From Antechinus flavipes (lineage: Eukaryota), in NCBI RefSeq assembly GCF_016432865.1, contig NC_067401.1, forward strand, positions 38,254,001 through 38,318,000: DNA of 64,000 nt. Direction: 5' to 3'. The position numbers were made by a program, and so were the translations under genes. How positions within the stretch are numbered: position 1 is the stretch's first letter; every line of letters starts with the position of its first letter. This document shows positions 61,701-64,000 of this stretch, in pieces. The notes below the pieces were generated by a model. It saw only the letters and a program-made list of their open reading frames with translations, had not been told where the DNA came from and did no database searches.

Positions 61701-64000
61701 TTGGAATCCTTACAAAGTGTCAAGTTGTTAGAATTGATAGAGACAATAATTATCTAATTTAGCGTGGTTCACTATGATTGATTTGATCTTACAAGGAGAT
61801 GTTATGGGCCAGAAGAAACAAGGTACTAAGTGGAACTGAGAAACAATGCTTGTGTTCACACCTTTAGAGTGTTCATATAAGCAAGAAGATTTTAGGGCCA
61901 GAGGAAACCCATAATCCCATTCTCAGATCCCACAATCCCACTCTCTTGGAGAAGGAGCATAGAGATTCAGTGAGCCAGTTAAGGAAGTTCAGCTGAAAAG
62001 ATTGAGAGGGGAGCATCAAGTCAGTTCAGAGCCAGAAGCCCTCTCTGGGAGGCAAGAGAGATTCATTCCATCTTCCATCTTGGTGCTGGCTGGAGGCTGA
62101 AGAAAGCAGAAGCAGAAGAAAAGGATAAAGCTGCAAGAGCTCTTAGAACCAAGGAGAGAGAGAGGCCTCTAAGAAAGCTAACCAGGCTTGGAAAGAGATA
62201 AGAAATAAACATTTGCATTCTATCTGCTGGCTGTATTTGAAGTGATTATTACTTTTAACTGAAACTAAGGCTGCTTCCAGATAACCTCCCCAAGAAACCT
62301 GTTCCCAGAGAGAAGTATTTTATTTTAAAGAAGAAAAACACTGCAATCATCCCCAGGATAACATACTATGACCAAGTAGGATTTATACCAAGAATGCAGG
62401 GCTGGTTCAATATTAGGAAAACTATTAGCATAATTGACTATATCAATAACCAAACTAATAAAAGCCATATGGTCATCTCAATAGATGGAGGAAAAGCATT
62501 TGACAAAATCCAACATCCATTCCTAAGAAAAAACACTTGAGAGGATAGGAATAAATGGACTTTTCCTTAAAATAGTCAGGACCATATATTTAAAACCGTC
62601 AGTAAGCATCATATGCAATGGGGAAAAACTGGAAGCGTTCCCAGTAAGATCTGGAGTGAAGCAAGGTTGCCCCCATCACCATTATTATTCAATATTGTAT
62701 TAGAAACACTAGCCTCGGCAATAAGAGTTGAGAAAGAGATTAAAGGAATTAGAGTAGGTAATGAGGAAACCTAACTATCACTCTTTGCAGATGATATGAT
62801 GGTATCCTTAGAGAACCCCAGAGATTCTGCTAAAAAGCTATTAGAAATAATTCATAACTTTAGCAAAGTTGCAGGGTACAAAATAAATCCCCATAAATCC
62901 TCAGCATTTTTATATATCATCAACAAAAGCCAACAGCAAGAGATACAAAGAGAAATTCCATTCAAAATAACTGTTGATAACATAAAATATTTGGGAATCT
63001 AGCTACCAAAGGAAAGTCAGGAATTATATGAGCAAAACTACAAAAATCTTTCCACACAAATAAAGTCAGATTTAAATAATTGGAAAAATATTAAGTGCTC
63101 TTGGATAGGCTGAGCAAATATAATAAAGATGGCAATACTCCCTAAACTAATCTATTTATTTAGTGCTATATCAATCAGACAATGATCTAGAAAAAATAAC
63201 AACAAAATTCATATGGAAGAACAGAAGGTCTAGAATCTCAAGGGAATTAATGAAAAAAAAAAAAAAGACAAATGAAGGTGGCCTAGCTGTACCTGATCTA
63301 AAACTATATTATAAAGCAGCAAGTATACCAATATGATGGTATACTTAGAGAACCCCAGAGATTCTACTAAAAAGCTATTAGAAATAATTCATAACTTTAG
63401 CAAAGTTACAGGGTACAAAATAAATCCCCAAAAATCCTCAGCATTTTTATACATCACCAACAAAATCCAATGGCAAAAAATCAAGCCATTCTCCAAGTGA
63501 TAAATGGTCAAAGGATATGAAGACAATTTTCAGATAATGAAATTAAAATTATTTCTAGCCATATGAAAAAATGCTCCAAGTCATTATTAATCAGAGAAAT
63601 GCAAATTAAGACAATTCTGAGATACCACTACATACCTGTCAGATTGGCTAAGATGACAGGAAAAAATAATGATGAATGGTGGAGGGGATGTAGGAAAACT
63701 GGGACACTGATGCATTGTTGGTGGAGTTGTGAATGAATCCAACCATTCTGCAATTATGCCCCAAAAGTTATCAAACTGTGCATACCCTTTGATCCAGCAG
63801 TGCTACTATTGGGCTTATATCCCAAAGAAATACTAAAGAAGGGCAAGGGATCTGTATGTGCCAAAATGCTTGTGGCAGCCCTGTTTGTAGTGGCTAAAAA
63901 CTGGAAAATGAATGGATGCTCATCAATTGGAGAATGGTTGGGTAAATTGTGGTATATGAATGTTATGGAATATTATTGTTCTGTAAGAAATGACCAACAG
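58759..64000 (+). mobile_element. Large decayed marsupial L1: 5'UTR, internally deleted ORF1, disrupted ORF2 (EN and RT); runs off the window
   Basis: 5' end gggacttctggccaagatgg. ORF1 C-terminus QRAWNMILQKAKELGMEPKITYPTRMSIFF. Endonuclease VNGVNSPIKRK...CCLQETHLK. RT region [35 protein letters not shown] and ctctttgcagatgatatg (LFADDM). Multiple stops and frameshifts. Confidence 0.95.
61699..62345 (+). mobile_element. Solo ERV LTR (647 bp) inserted in L1 ORF2
   Basis: TG...CA ends (tgttgg...actgca), perfect 6-bp TSD ATCATC (61693-61698 and 62346-62351), internal TATA-like catataag (~61875) and AATAAA (62204-62209). Removing it rejoins L1 ORF2 (KRLQKII|PR...YDQVGF). Confidence 0.88.

Noticed and set aside
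58759-64000. An active, autonomous L1
   Set aside because: ORF1 is largely deleted, and ORF2 has stops (e.g. TAA near 60437), frameshifts, an LTR insertion and an internal rearrangement.

Overview
Mammalian genomic DNA, almost certainly marsupial (judged from the L1 and core-SINE styles; a dasyurid is my guess). It comes from the epidermal differentiation complex and holds two head-to-tail, + strand S100 fused-type protein (SFTP) genes of the hornerin/filaggrin-2 class. Both have the canonical layout: TATA promoter, non-coding exon 1, a short exon 2 with the S100 pseudo-EF-hand, and a large exon 3 with the canonical EF-hand plus a Ser/Gly/His repeat domain. Gene 1 (~6430-36070) has a ~25.9-kb terminal coding exon built from ~27 nearly identical ~915-bp (305-aa) units. 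It would encode ~8,670 aa if three single-base deletions are sequencing errors. Gene 2 (~50730-57860) is missed by the ORF track: its repeat frame is stop-free for 3.3 kb but is separated from the S100 domain by one -1 frameshift (~1,230 aa if corrected), and its pseudo-EF-hand is degenerate. The many 'MAQV...ALAL' ORFs are out-of-frame shadows of the Ser/Gly repeats. The rest is AT-rich DNA with CR1/L3, core-SINE and L1 relics, microsatellites, a 138-N gap, and a large decayed L1 (58759 to window end) interrupted by a solo ERV LTR. All counts and alignments were done by eye.
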